A stretch of DNA of 64,000 nucleotides from Bugula neritina. Taxonomy: Eukaryota; Animalia; Bryozoa. Below are positions 1 through 13,467 of the stretch, piece by piece. Within the stretch, counting starts at the first letter, position 1, and every line of letters starts with the position of its first letter. Under the pieces are notes generated by a model that saw nothing but the letters and a program-made list of their open reading frames with translations, was not told where the DNA came from and ran no database searches. A program made the translations under genes and the position numbers. The DNA lies in NCBI GenBank assembly GCA_964035545.1, contig OZ037766.1, positions 6,748,722 to 6,812,721 of the forward strand. Direction: 5' to 3'.

Positions 1-49
1 ACTACCGTTTCCTTTTGTTATTTAAAAAATTTCAACATTGTACTTGCAG

Positions 50-185
50 CTCTGGAGTAGACAGTAAGTGCGTAGAGTGGCAGGATGGATGTCAAGTAGC
101 AGCATCTATAATTGCTGGAAAATCAGTTGATGATAGTGATGAAGCTTTTTCCACACGCATGATGTTATGTGTCCATACTCCTTAA
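50..185 (+). CDS. Probable last coding exon of an unidentified gene entering from the left (SGVDSKCVEWQDGCQVAASIIAGKSVDDSDEAFSTRMMLCVHTP*)
   Basis: Acceptor ttgcag ends at 49; 45 open codons to TAA at 183-185; GC above background; AT-rich UTR-like sequence follows. Product not recognised. Confidence 0.45.
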
Positions 186-671
186 ACTCATATTACGAAG
201 AACAAAGAATTAGAAAGATGAAACGTGCCTTTTTTGCAAAGATCATAGAAGCTACCTAATTTTCTTTTCTTTATTAAAGAATTAATTAAAACATAATGGT
301 TGTATCCAGGCTGGATTTTTTACTGCATTTAATTAGTTTTTTAAAATAATGTGTTTGATGTTTTTTAATGTGAATATTAATGCCTAAATAAAACTTAACA
401 GTTCTAATAGGTGATTTTCTGTTTATATTTTCAACTTCTCAGCCAAATCAATTGCTAAATTTAGTTGCCGTTAGAGATTATAAAGATATTTCTAAGTCAA
501 TCTCGCATGATCTCATAAAAGTCAAATAATTTTCTCATTATAAGTGTTCTACTCATTAAGCAATAACTATGAAACATTACAGCTCAATAGCTGCAGTTTG
601 ATATATTACACAATATATTAGAGGAGAGGAAGATATTCAATGTATAACAGGAAGCAGCTGCCATTTTGTTT

Positions 672-1206
672 TATGTGACTTCCTGCTGACTTGGATGTCT
701 AGTTTAAATATCTCAACACACACACTTGCTGAAACATCCTCTTCTTTGTCGGAATTGTTAAACCTCTCAACCATTAAACAAAGTAAAAGTCGAATTGACA
801 AATAAATTAGACAAAAAGTTTGGCGGCCATATTTGACCTAATTTTAAGTTGAGGCAGCATGAAATTTAGTTTAACAGAAAGCCCAAACTTTCACAATTAT
901 TTTGGTACCAAATTTGTCGCTATTCCTATTATACAAAGACCCGTTGCTAAGGCTTGTAAATTGTAAACAAATAATTGTCAACTTATTCTAGAGTTGCCAA
1001 CTTTAAACGCGATTTTCTCGAAAGAGTAATTTAGAAATTCTAAAAACGTTAAAGTTTTTAAATACTGATATCTCGAGTTCTATTTATGCTAGAGACTTCA
1101 AATAAAGTGCAAAATGTTTGAAAAAGTCTGCTCTATCGCTCTATAGTAATAACTAGGTTTTCAACATTTTATATACATCCCTTGTTTTGTGGTGCCAGGT
1201 CACATA
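672..1206. mobile_element. Possible degenerate DNA-transposon remnant
   Basis: Short inverted termini tatgtgac (672) / gtcacata (1199) and CpG-retaining internal sequence; the TIR is only 8 bp. Confidence 0.3.
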
Positions 1207-1801
1207 TAAGTGCGAGTTTTTCCAGTCTAAATCAGTACTGCACTGGAGCTGATACATGAAGGAACCAATAAAGACTACTAATTACAATTTATCAAAGACT
1301 CTTTATTCAAGAATAATAATTGGCATGCAGACTACTTAGTCTATTTTCATACAACCCGCAAAATCATAACAATATTAACTAAAACCCAACTAGCTTTAGC
1401 CATGTCTGTTTGCACCATGAAGCAAAATTGAAGGGCTGATGAATTTTGGATTTGTACATTTTGAGGGTAAATGTATTTGTAAAAATTGACCATAGGAACT
1501 GGTAGTTTTTTAAAGCATGTAAACTAGCGATTGCCATAATTAAGTAACTAGCGCATACTGAAAAAATTTTCACCACGAATTTAATCCTATGAAGACTATT
1601 TGTGATAACTTTAGATGCATGTAATATACTTGTAGGCTGTCTAGTAAGGGGTAGTTACATAATTATCTTAAACTAATGGCTTTAAATAGCCAAAAGATAC
1701 TTTGGGACTGCAGCAAGATTTTCGAGAAAATGGCCGATTGGTTTAAATACAAAAAAATGGGTTTTCATGCTTATGATTTATTGTATTATTTTACCTCCAG
1801 T

Positions 1802-2565
1802 GGGGCCATCCATAAATTATGTCACACTTTATTCAGCACTTTTTGACCCCCCCTCCCCCCCTTGTCACAAAGTGTCACGCTTATATGACCCCCTCCCCCC
1901 ATGTGATGTCACACAGATTATGTAAACGCCCTTTTAAGATTAAATACTCCATACAAAAAGTACTGATTGAATGGTTTATGTTTAGTAATGATTACAGGCA
2001 CAAAGTTCAATATTTATGAATGCAACTTTTTAAGAACCTAAATTTATTCAGTGTATCATTATTATCCAATGACAAGAAAATCATAAACATTATTGAAACC
2101 ATGCTTGATTTAATAAGGCAGGTCATAAGTTCTGGCCTATAACTGCTATTTTTACTGCCTCAGTGGTATTAAAGTTCCACTAGAGCATGAAGTCTGTTTT
2201 TCAACATCATAATAGTTAGTTTTCTTCGATCCATGGTACTGTGGCCCATTCCTGAACTGACATGAACCACACTAATGGTTACATTATATAGGTCACAGGT
2301 GCAGAGGTCAAGGAGTGGGATTTTTGCTAATTGGTCTGGGGAGGGGGGTCTGTTTTTATTGTGCTTTATATTGACAAAAAATACATGTATTTGATGTTTT
2401 ATGTTCAGTATTAATACATATCTGAAATATTTCGTTTTGGTAAAATATTTGAAAATGTGACATCACACATATCTACCCTCCCCCCCTCCCCCTTGTCACA
2501 AACTGTCACACATGAGGGTACCCCCTCCCCCCCCCTTGAGCGTGACATAATTTATGGATGGCCCC
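1802..2565. mobile_element. Non-autonomous PIF/Harbinger-like element (MITE)
   Basis: 24-bp perfect TIR ggggccatccataaattatgtcac / gtgacataatttatggatggcccc; 3-bp duplication agt on both sides; subterminal cccctcccccc and gtcaca repeats. Superfamily inferred from GGGGCC ends and 3-bp TSD. Confidence 0.85.
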
Positions 2566-3420
2566 AGTGGGGATTAAAGCTACTTTGAGTAAAAATGACA
2601 TTACTTCACAGTTTAAAAAAATTAACAACAGTTTTAGTGTAAAACTGCAATTTAAATTACTTACTCTTAATGTTTTTAGCTCAACAGCTTATATAAAATT
2701 AATAGATGTCTAGCATATTGTTAATAAACTTACAGTTACAGGCTTGTTGAGGTTAAAATTAGAAAGCTAATAACTGATGAAAGCAAGTTTTACTATCCAT
2801 TTAAATTCAAGTTTAATTTCCTTGCTTTTGCGTTTTCTACAGTCTACCATTGTACTTGATCGAGTTTCATCATTGAAATGAAAGTCAAAACTTCATCATC
2901 TGAGAAGGTGGTCATCGTCATTATTCAGTACTTTGCTAGTAGCTAACAATATGCTACAGTTCTTACAAGCCCGCCGAAGATTTTCTACTTCTCAGACCTA
3001 TCTTTGAAGTCTTTCCACGAATCAAACTGACCAAGATTCAACTGAGATCAATCCATGGGAAGAAGGTGGTTTATCGGTGTCGTCCCAGATAGATGCTTTC
3101 CAGTTAGACGCTACTTGTTTATTTTAGTGCAATATATACTTTGTGTACAATTTATTGAAATATTATTGAAAAATATGTATATGTAAATAAACTTGGATAT
3201 ATTGCTTGTGATTTAGCACATGAATAGATTCCTTTGAGCTGCTTTAACTTATTAATTTCCATTTTCTATATTTCTTCTTGCTTGAAAAGGTATTTCGTTA
3301 ATAAGTATTCATTAAAGGTATAAATGTCTATTATTAAATTTAATTTATTACTTTTTTTGTCCCACACAAATCTGTGAAAATTGAAATATTATTCCAGATA
3401 ATTCATATTGGCTATTATTT

Positions 3421-3936
3421 CGGTTTCATCCCACTTGGACGATTTTTTTTATTTTGGTACAATATATTACATAGTAATATACAAATATAACTGTTGCATT
3501 TACTGCTAAACATGAAATAAGCTACCAAGCCAGCTATTTGCTTTAACTCAATACTAATTTAGCTACAGTTTATTTTATTCAGAATAACAGAATAAAGTGC
3601 ACAAATGCATTTCATGGTATATCACATACTGCCATATTACAACTTTTTCTTATTATATTTTGTCTATCTTATACCTTTAAGTTTAAGGTTTGTGCAAGAT
3701 GGCTTCTTATAGAAGCATTGTTACTGTGAGTGGCTTGCTGGTGGCTTCTTTGCTTTCTATTATGTGCTAAATAATAGCATAAAATACATATATTACACTA
3801 AAATCTATATAAATCGTGTAAGTGGGATAACACCATTATTTCATATTTAGCAATCAATACAACAGTTATATAGGTACATATAGGTATATTACTATATATA
3901 TTGTACCAAAATAGTGTCTAACTGGGATGAAACCCG
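3421..3936. mobile_element. MITE with ~45-bp imperfect TIRs
   Basis: cggtttcatcccacttggac...ttttggtacaatatat versus atatattgtaccaaaa...gtctaactgggatgaaacccg. Confidence 0.7.
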
Positions 3937-4031
3937 TTTATCTTAGAACCTTGATTGAGATATCAACTTTGTTTTTATAAAAGCAATATACTCTTTTCTA
4001 ACGTCCCTGTCGTTCAATTGATAATTGAGTC

Positions 4032-4367
4032 GCACCCCGTTAGCAGGTGCCTACTCTAATTATGCTTTAATTAACCAAAGTGATGGCCGCCAGCAATTGT
4101 TAATGGGATTTATATCCTAGCTGCCACTGCAGCACTTCTCAATCATGAAATGACCATGAAAATGCCTATAAGTTACTTTTTTTTTAAATTTACCATGAAG
4201 AAATATTATTAAATAAATTTTTGTCTGCTACTACCAAAATATTATTTCCTAAAAGAACAAGTATATAGCATAGCTTGAGTATTATATAGGAATCAAACTT
4301 TAAAATTTCTTATGAAACCGTTTTACATAATAAAGTTAAAGTAGGTACCTGCTGAGAGGGGGGGGGC
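4032..4367. mobile_element. Short element with imperfect inverted ends
   Basis: gcaccccgttagcaggtgcctact versus agtaggtacctgctgagaggggggggc; no clear TSD. Confidence 0.4.
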
Positions 4368-4799
4368 AAAAGTTTTGGAAACGGTTCCATTCATTCTCAA
4401 ATTAAATTTTTGTGCAGTATTTTACATTTATAACAGCGTAGAATTTTTTCCAATTAAATTTAGAACTGCCTAAAATAGAATTCAATGTATATATCTGAAT
4501 AGGCAGGTAATTAAATAGTGTATACAGACCATCAACTAAGCTGCTATAGAATGATATCTAAACTTTGTTGTGGTAGGGGTGAGGTACTTTCAAGAGTTCA
4601 ACAGCAGTACTGGTTGAATGGTCCATAGAGCTATAGAAATCTTTAGCTGAAAGACATAATATAAAAGTATGTATATAGTTTAAAATCTAACACAATTAGA
4701 ATACCCATTTTTGGGTGAAAATTTAATAATGTAAATCAATCACCTGCTAAAATGGAAGGACTGCAAATTTATAAGTTACAAAAACAGTATTGTGATAAG

Positions 4800-5790
4800 T
4801 ATTACTAGTACTACTATTACTACTACTAGTGTTAGATTTAGTAGTAGTAGTACTCAGTGCTGCAACACTAACAGCAACACTAACTGTAAGTATAACCAAT
4901 AGTCAATAGACCTTACACTTTTATTTTACAGTTGCCCATAGTTATACTAATACTCGGCACCCTGTATGAGTATGAGTACGAGTATTAGAATGAATAGTAG
5001 TACCACTATGATTATCAGTATCGCTGAGCAACGGGTGAGTATCAGTACGAGTATGACTATGACTTGGTGACTATGTGTATGAGTCACATTGATAAGGTAC
5101 GGGTATCACTATCAATATGAGTATCAGTATAATAATCATTATGATATTCATATTGTCTATTGAGTATCAGTATCAGGATAACATTGAGTGAATCATTGAC
5201 TATCACATTGACACTCAGTATGAGTCTATGAGAATCAGTATGAGTATCACTACCACTGATAGAAAATAGTAATACGTATACTTATTTAGTTTTACCAATA
5301 GTAATACTAATAGTAATACTAATGAAAATATTAATACTAATAGTAATAGTAATAGTAATAGTAATACTTATAGTTATAGTAAATGACTTAGAGCTATACT
5401 CTTAGTATTACTATAACTATTAGTATTAGTATTACTATTAGTCTTGCTAATACTATAACATTTACTTTTAGATGTACTATGATACTCTATAATCATCAGA
5501 GTAGTTTCACTATCAGTATCAGTATCACTATCAGTATGACTATGAGTATGAGTAAGAGTATGACTATGAGTATTGAGTATGAATATCAGTGATACTACGA
5601 TTCAATGAGTATGATAGTGTCCTTAAGATACTCATACTGATAATGATACTGATGGTAACTATCAGTATCACTGTAACTGTAAGTGTATCAGTATGAGTAT
5701 CTTAAGGACAAGTATGAAGTATTACTATTAGTATTAGTATGAGTATCTGCTATCAGTATCACTATGACTATCACTATCAGTATCTCAATC
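4800..5790. repeat. Degenerate 6-bp-period tract (tatgag/tatcag/aatagt/aatact variants)
   Basis: Directly visible, e.g. tatcagtatcagtatcactatcagtatgactatgagtatgagtaagagtatgac; boundaries approximate. Confidence 0.85.
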
Positions 5791-6024
5791 TGCTTCTGGG
5801 TTCTTTGAAATCTGCTGCAACGTAGCCTAGGTTGAAAGCAACTTATCTACATAATAATCTAATAATACAATTAAGAAGTAAATTATTATCATAATCATAA
5901 TTTTTTTGCAAAATCAGTGGAGCTACTTAGTACTTACATAAAATATTATAATGGCTTGCCATGAGTTGTTTGAAAATGTGGTCCTCGAGTTCAAACTTCA
6001 AACGGATGCTCAAAAATATTACTA

Positions 6025-6165
6025 GAAGCAGCACAAAGTTAGGGGTTATTGAGCATAGTACTCGTGTACGTCGAAATTCTGTAAACCTCAAATTCGAGAC
6101 CGCCCCCTCCTCCCCACCAATGCATTCAGACAGTGATTCAGTAACCATTAACTTGGTGATGCTTC
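6025..6165. repeat. Short palindromic dispersed element, family P, copy 1
   Basis: Ends gaagcagcacaaagttaggggttattga / tcagtaaccattaacttggtgatgcttc; shares gagacc and ccaatgca motifs with the copies at 36312 and 48478. Confidence 0.65.
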
Positions 6166-6739
6166 AAGCCCCTTTCTTTTCAGCAAAAGAGGTGAATAAT
6201 CACAATAATGTTATGTTTACGAGAACATGAGATTGCTGTAGCTATGGGTTAAGAGAAGAGATAGACAAGGCGAGTGAGAGAAATCATTGAAATTTAATAA
6301 AAACTGCGTTTTATCTCGGTATATTATACGATTCAGTACATTTCCATAGAAATTCTCGTTCGGGTTACATCAAATGAAAGCCCCACATCTATTCAAACCA
6401 TTGAACTATAATCCCCATAGTTATAGTTTCAGTTCAGTGATTCAAACCAAGTGTACTCTTCTTGGAGTGTACAATTCAATTCTAACTAATTTATAGTACT
6501 GTGGCCATAATCTCACAGCAAGAAAGTGATAAATTTTTAACTAATTATTGCAGAGTATGCATACTTGGCTTTGCCACCAGAATTATATTATGTTAACCTG
6601 AAGTTTTATCCTGCCAGCACTAGCGTTTAAATAAATTACAGTAGCCTACTACATGGAGTTTATTATTATTATAGTGGTCTGGCTATGGAATGAAGCATTG
6701 GTGTTTTTAATTCAATAACAAACCAAGCAATAATTATCC

Positions 6740-7145
6740 AGTATAGACCCAGGCTGAGCAAAAGTCTACATGTTGGCACCTAGTCTCCACAAAAAAAGGA
6801 AGTAGATGTATTGCAACATGCCTGTTAGCTGTGTAGCTCAGTTAACATGTCACTAGTAGTATCAGTTTTAGATATAAGGACTAATTTGTTACAGATGAGG
6901 TACACATAAGCATCAGCTGGTTTGAATATAATGTAAAACCAAACTATCTTAGGTAGCTGATTGTAGTTTAAACAGTGAGATTAAATGTTTTATAATATTG
7001 TATGTCATGCATGGTTAAGTAATATTTTTGTCATGTGCGGTAAAGTGTCAGAGCTTAAAGATTCTGTTACCAGTAACATACAATGCAACACCAGCGAGAA
7101 GAAAAATTCCTGCACAATTTATTTTAAATGTAGAGCATGCTACAG
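6740..7145 (+). repeat. ~405-bp direct repeat A, left copy
   Basis: Near-identical to 12409-12819 (agtatagacccaggctgagc...gagcatgctacag), with a few substitutions and one small indel. Confidence 0.95.
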
Positions 7146-10100
7146 ATTAGACGATGTAAGCTTGGTACATTTAGTACCTTGTACTAATTCTAAGATACTC
7201 ACCACTATAACTTATATAAACTTCTGCAAGTTCAAATGCAAAATGCATACTTCTAGAAAATAGCTGTGCAACTTTTATTACATGAATTATTTTATTTCAT
7301 ATCTTAAATTTATGAATCATGAGTTCATTTTTCAAAATGCTTAATTTAAGTGCTTAAAAAATGCAAATAAAAAGTACAAGTTTAAAAAAATACCCTGGTG
7401 AAAATTGACCACAGCCCCAGCTGTTCTGGCTAAACACATTTAATGACATTTTTATTGACATAGTGGTAAATGGGCTGGTTGTTTTTGGCAGATGGATAGC
7501 CACCCACGCTGCACAGCAACTTCATACAACTCTGATTGGCTGGACTCTACATGACCAGCTGATGATTGTATCTGATTGGCCTAATAATGCATTTGCATTT
7601 GAAAATGTAGACTTTTATATAAGTTATAGTGGTGATATTTTAGAGTTGGTACCGCCTCTTTTTGGTTGAGTTTTATAGTCTGATCATGCTGTAGTCATCT
7701 ACAACACTTGAGTGTATGGGGAAATTATTAGTATTATGAAATCTATTTTGGTTTACTTAGCTATGCCAGTTTTCTGACTTGGTTTGTAAGCAACTATGTA
7801 GGCAGTTATAACTTAGGGTGATTTCATCAAAGGTAGACATTAGTTAGGCCTTAGAACAGGGCTGTCCAACAGGCGGCCCGCGGGCCGGATCCGGCCCTCC
7901 AGCTATATTTGTGTGGCCCCCCAAAGGTATAGCAAGTTACAAATTTTTGTTCATCAAATTTGCTAACTAGCCTGAAACAGCAGCACATGGTATAGTTGAA
8001 AGCATCCCACTAAGAATTTCTATTAAAATGTAGTTTAAGTTCTTCTACAATATTGTCTTGTGGGTGGCATGCGTGTTGCCTACTTGTCATTGTTTAGCCT
8101 GAGATCAAACTACAACCAATAACAGTAAGCTAGTCATTATAGTCTGTTAGCTAGCAAGCCTGTGACTTATAGTAATGTAGCTGCCTATATTATATGCTCA
8201 TCTCTACGCGTTCACTGAAGTGTGAAGTGATGCACAGCGTTTACTACTTGAAAAGAAATATACCATTTCCCCGTGTAAAATCCACAATTTATATAAAATC
8301 TAAAAGTCATTGCTTTTTTATTCAGATATCATGTTTTCCTGCTAAGATATTTTACTGGTACTACTAAAATCAACTTTTGAGGCAAAATTAGCCAAAAATG
8401 TGCAGTTTTTTTCTATAACTTTGCAAAAGAATGAAAAAATTCCAAAAAAGCAGCACTGAGAAAAAATAAGATTCACACCATAGTTTTTAAATTTTGATTC
8501 TAGTAGCCTTCAATTAAATAAGATTGTTTTTACTGGTACTGAATTTTTACACAGTTACAATGCAAACCTCAGCAAGGCAGTTGCAGCTAAAAAGTTGCCC
8601 TTAGCTATCCTGCGCAGACAGGTATTTCAAAGACATTTAATCAGGACAGGCCATATAGAGACAAGACTTTTTTGAAATTATAACTGAGATCTCTCACTTT
8701 TATTGACTGTATTGTGAAAGATAAGTAGTTGAAGAATCCTTGACACACTTCATTTATGCAGTACTAAAATATTATTATGTATATGTTAGTTTTCATTTAC
8801 ATACTGTTTTAAGGTTAGATGCCTAAACAATTTTGTTTTATAATGAATTTTGTGCGAGTATGTACTGAAATGATTTGACCTTTGACCTTTGACTGCTTGT
8901 TAGATGCTGCACTGCACTGAGATGGCTTGAAGGTTTGAACTCTGAGCTTTCAATTTTCAGTCAAATGAAATACACAAAATAAATACTACACTTCACTCAC
9001 TAGTCAGCACTTAGTCCAGCAACTAAGGGTTATATGTTCTGATACGAAACCAGATATTAACAGAATTGTTCAAGGCAAACAGTACTCACTGTGTACTCAC
9101 AACTGTCTCACTGATGGTTGTAAAATACAACTATACCGGAATTAGTACAGACTCTTAGCACTGGCACATCTTGTTTAAATTTGCATGTACAATCATGAAT
9201 ATATACTTTGTATAAATATATATGTATAATTTCTTATGCACAAACATAAATGCATATATAATTATTGATTATTAAAGTAATAAAAATGAAATGTTTCTTG
9301 TTTACCTATTTTAATTAAATGCATATATACACACATACACACATAAATAATATATATCTATTCAAATATGTTATGATTTTAATAAACATGCAAAGCCTAG
9401 CCCTCGCTTATAATTACAATGCATATGGCCTGCAGATGTTTAATGAATCTTGAAAATTTATTCTAAAAACAAAAAAAATGTTGTGGCCCCCAGCTCAAGC
9501 TGAAACTTGCAGACTGGCCCTCGGTCTGAAAAGGTTGGACACCCCTGCCTTAGAACATCAAATCAACCAGTGCTGTTACTTGGTTGTATTGTAAAGCAGT
9601 ATCGAGAGCATAGCACACTAGCACAGTCACTGAGCTGCAATGACAGTGGCTACACCAAACTTATCAGCTCTATTATAATATCTTTATGTAAGGCACTTAA
9701 AATCACTAGCCTAGTCTGTTAGTATGTAGAGCAGTAGTACAGTTACAGCAGTCACACCACCCCTCTCTATCCTGTCTACCAAGCGCAGAGGTTGCAAAAA
9801 TGATAATCATTTCATGATTTAGTTTTAAATCAATGCATATTACTAAATACATTCTCATAGTCTGATTATTTTGCGCTTCAGTTTACTTTAATGTAATAAT
9901 TTAAAAAATTGCTTCACACGCATATTACAAATGTATTAACCTACGCTAACCACTACTATTTTATTTTAAATTTATATAGCAGTAGCCTTTTTAATCAATC
10001 ACATATTAATCTGCAAGAGTTTAATTGCACAGCTATTAGCAATAGATAATGTAGACATTTTGTATAAGAATGAGTATTAGCACGTAGTGCCTTGCATGTG

Positions 10101-12405
10101 GGTCTATATTGCCAGCTGGTATCATTACCATATAATACCATGTTGATAACCCTTTCTTGTATACGATTTACTTAGCATGATTAACAGCATGATTAACCTA
10201 CAGATGTAATGACATTAGCCATGGGACAATATAGTCTAGAGTCAAGACTCTAGATTCTTTTAACTGTGAAGTAATCAGCCTCAAATTATTGCTGGATGAA
10301 GTGTCTACTCTTGGCTGTGAAGCTACTGCAATAACGGCTACAATTTTACTAAGTTTTCAATACATGTTTTAGTCAGTTGGGTAAAATACAAAGGTTTTCT
10401 GGAATGCTAGAATAAATGGTGATTAAACATTGGACTTTATGGACATTTTTCATATTGTGTGATGCAACGTGATAGTTACAGAGAAAATGCTGATCCCACT
10501 AAAACTGTAATGGAGGTATTATATATTTCAACACTGACTGCATACAACATTGTTACTAACAGAATATTATCCATACATAAGTTTGTATTTTGCAAAAATA
10601 GGCATAGAGTCTGAACTGATATTTTCTTTCCTCCAAAAACCATTAATATCAGTTTTAAACTTACAAAGCATAGTGGTATAGCACATACATATACAATAGC
10701 ACATCAAGAAGAATATTATAAAGCGCTACACTTAATTGGTTACCAAGGGTGGCTGCAGAGAGCACAGCAGATTATTATAATCTTATCTAAAAGAGGTGCA
10801 AACAGTAAGCTTACACCTCCAGGACTATTTAGGATATTAAAGTCCTTTATGGGTTTATTACTCTTTAAACCTGGATTCTAAGGATAGCAATCAATTTAGT
10901 TTAAAGTTACTGCATTCTAGTCAGTTGAGAATGGCCTTTCTTTCCAGGTAGCATGGCCAGCAAATAGGTAAATACTGTATGAAGATCGCCATGTAGTAGA
11001 AATGGGTGTGCTCCGGAAGCACTATAGTGAAGTTTTAATGGCTGGCATATGGTATTGGATACTAGCCCTCAGAATGCTTTTGTCATCTTCCTGCCTCAAT
11101 GGTAGTTGATGATTACTTTGAGTGAGGAAAAACATGTATTGAAAACTCATTAGTATAGCTTCAGAGCTAGGTGCAAATATTTTATCTAACAATGACTTGA
11201 GGCTGAGAAGCTCACTTAAAAATGAAGCAAGCTGCTAACAAAATTTTTCCATAGTTGAAAGAAACTGGACTATATTGTCCTATAACTGATGGCATTGCAT
11301 TTGTGGGATAAACATGCTGTTTCACTAAGTAAATCATGTACAAAATGGTGATGATACCAAGTAACAGTATAGACTAGCATGTCAAGCACTATACACGTTA
11401 AAGTTCATTTTTATATAAATTGTCTACGTTGTCTATTGCTAAAAGCTGGGCATTTTAACTCCCGCAAATAAATATGCAACCAAGTTAAAAAAACTGCTGT
11501 TGTAATTTTTTTTAAATAAAATAATGGTGGATACATAAGCAACTAATTTATGCTTAGCACATGCTTACATGTGTTTGTCAGTGTGCGTGTAAATATATGC
11601 TAGTGCTGATAAATACGGTGCAGCACTGCCATTACAGTTTGCTGACTGTGCTATGCTATTGCTACTGTTTTGCAATAGTAACAGCAGTGATTGATTTGCT
11701 GAACCTAAACAGTGTCAACCTTCAATGAAATCACCTATGTTATATAGCTGTCTATGGTTTATTACAAACCAAGTCAGAAAACTGGCATAGCAATGCAAGT
11801 CAAAACAGATTTCATAATACTAATAATTTCCCCATACATCCAAGTGTTGTAGATGACTACAGCATGATCAGACTATAAAACTCAACCAAAAAGAGGCGGT
11901 ACCAACTCTAAAATATCACCACTATAACTTATATAAAACTCTACATTTTCAAATGCAAATGCATTATTAGGCCAATCAGATACAATCATCAGCTGGTCAT
12001 GTAGAGTCCAGCCAATCAGAATTGTATGAAGTTGCTGTGCAGCGTGGGTGGCTATCCAATGGCCAAAAACAACCAGCCCATTTACCACTATGTCAATAAA
12101 AATGTCATTAAATGTGTTTTGCCAGAACAGCTGGGGCTGTGGTCAATTTTCACCAGGGTAATTTTTTAAACTTGTACTTTTTATTTGCATTTTTTAAGCG
12201 CTTAAATTAAGCTTTTTGAAAAATGAACTCATGATTCATAAATTTAAGATATGAAATAAAATAATGCATGTAATAAAAGTTGCACAGATATTTTCTAGAA
12301 GTATGCATTTTGCATTTGAACTTGCAGAAGTTTATATAAGTTATAGTGGTGAGTATCTTAGAATTAGTACAAGGTACTAAATGTACCAAGCTTACATCGT
12401 CTAAT
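7146..12405. mobile_element. Large foldback structure with long inverted arms
   Basis: 7146-~7840 is the reverse complement of ~11720-12405 (ORFs 7463+ and 11882- are nearly identical). Degenerate inverted similarity continues at 9556-10240 versus 11265-11720. Confidence 0.8.
7857..9547. mobile_element. Non-autonomous hAT (Charlie-like) transposon inserted in the left foldback arm
   Basis: TIR cagggctgtccaac / gttggacacccctg; perfect 8-bp TSD ccttagaa (7849-7856 and 9548-9555); subterminal ggcccgcgggcc motif. Confidence 0.92.
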
Positions 12406-12408
12406 TCG

Positions 12409-12819
12409 AGTATAGACCCAGGCTGAGCAAAAGTCTACATGTTGGCACCCAGTCTCCACAAAAAAAGGAAGTAGATGTATTGCAACATGCCTGTTAGCTG
12501 TGTAGCTCAGTTAACATGTCACTAGTAGTATCAGTTTTAGATATAAGGACTAATTTGTTACAGATGAGGTACACATAAGCATCAGCTGGTTTGAATATAA
12601 TGTAAAACCACACTATCTTAGGTAGCTGATTGTAGTTTAAACAGTGAGATTAAATGTTTTATAATATTGTATGTCATGCATGGTTAAGTAATAATTTATT
12701 TAAGTCATGTGCGGTAAAGTGTCAGAGCTTAAAGATTTTGTTACCAGTAACATATAATGCAACAGCAGCTAGAAGAAAAATTCCTGCACGATTTATTTTA
12801 AATGTAGAGCATGCTACAG
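12409..12819 (+). repeat. Direct repeat A, right copy
   Basis: Matches 6740-7145; ORFs 6985 and 12654 share their N-terminus. Confidence 0.95.
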
Positions 12820-13467
12820 CGATTAGTGTGACTAGTTTATTTAGTTATATTTTAATTATATAACATGTGAATATACTGCAGCTGTTGGGTCTCCCAAAAC
12901 TGAATATGTCTGTCCTTATAGATTGGAATTACTCAATAAGCAATAATTTAAATGACTGTAGTAATGTATTGCATGCCTTTTCGTTGAGGGTTTGCATTGA
13001 TTCTACTTTACACTTTATCACTTGGATCCGTTGGCAGGGTTTCAAGAATATACTTCTTATAATATTGCAAATCTTTTTCTGCATCAGAGCTTGCTTCAAT
13101 GGAACGAGTAAACTTTCAAACAGCAGTTATCTAAAGAAATCATTTTTTATTTTAATTCTAATCCCTTTCTTATTTCACTTTTATTGACAATATAGCACAA
13201 ACTTCACCTGGTCTACTAGTATATCAAACCATTTATTTTCCTTAGGTAGGTCAAGTGGTTTATAAGCATTTCGTGTTGAATTTCTAACTGTTTTTATTAT
13301 AAAATTCATCTAGTTTGCGAATGAATATTCTGCTGTAAAGCATAACGCAGAATTCACTTGTCTTTAAACAACATCACAAAACATCATTCAAACACAGAGA
13401 ACAATACATTAAACAGAAATAAACAAGTATATATGGAATTAAGCCTACAGATACATCAAATTCAATA

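Noticed and set aside
7463-12088. Twin 68-aa ORFs (7463+ and 11882-) as a duplicated small gene
   Set aside because: GTG starts, inside transposon arms; the identity comes from the inverted repeat.
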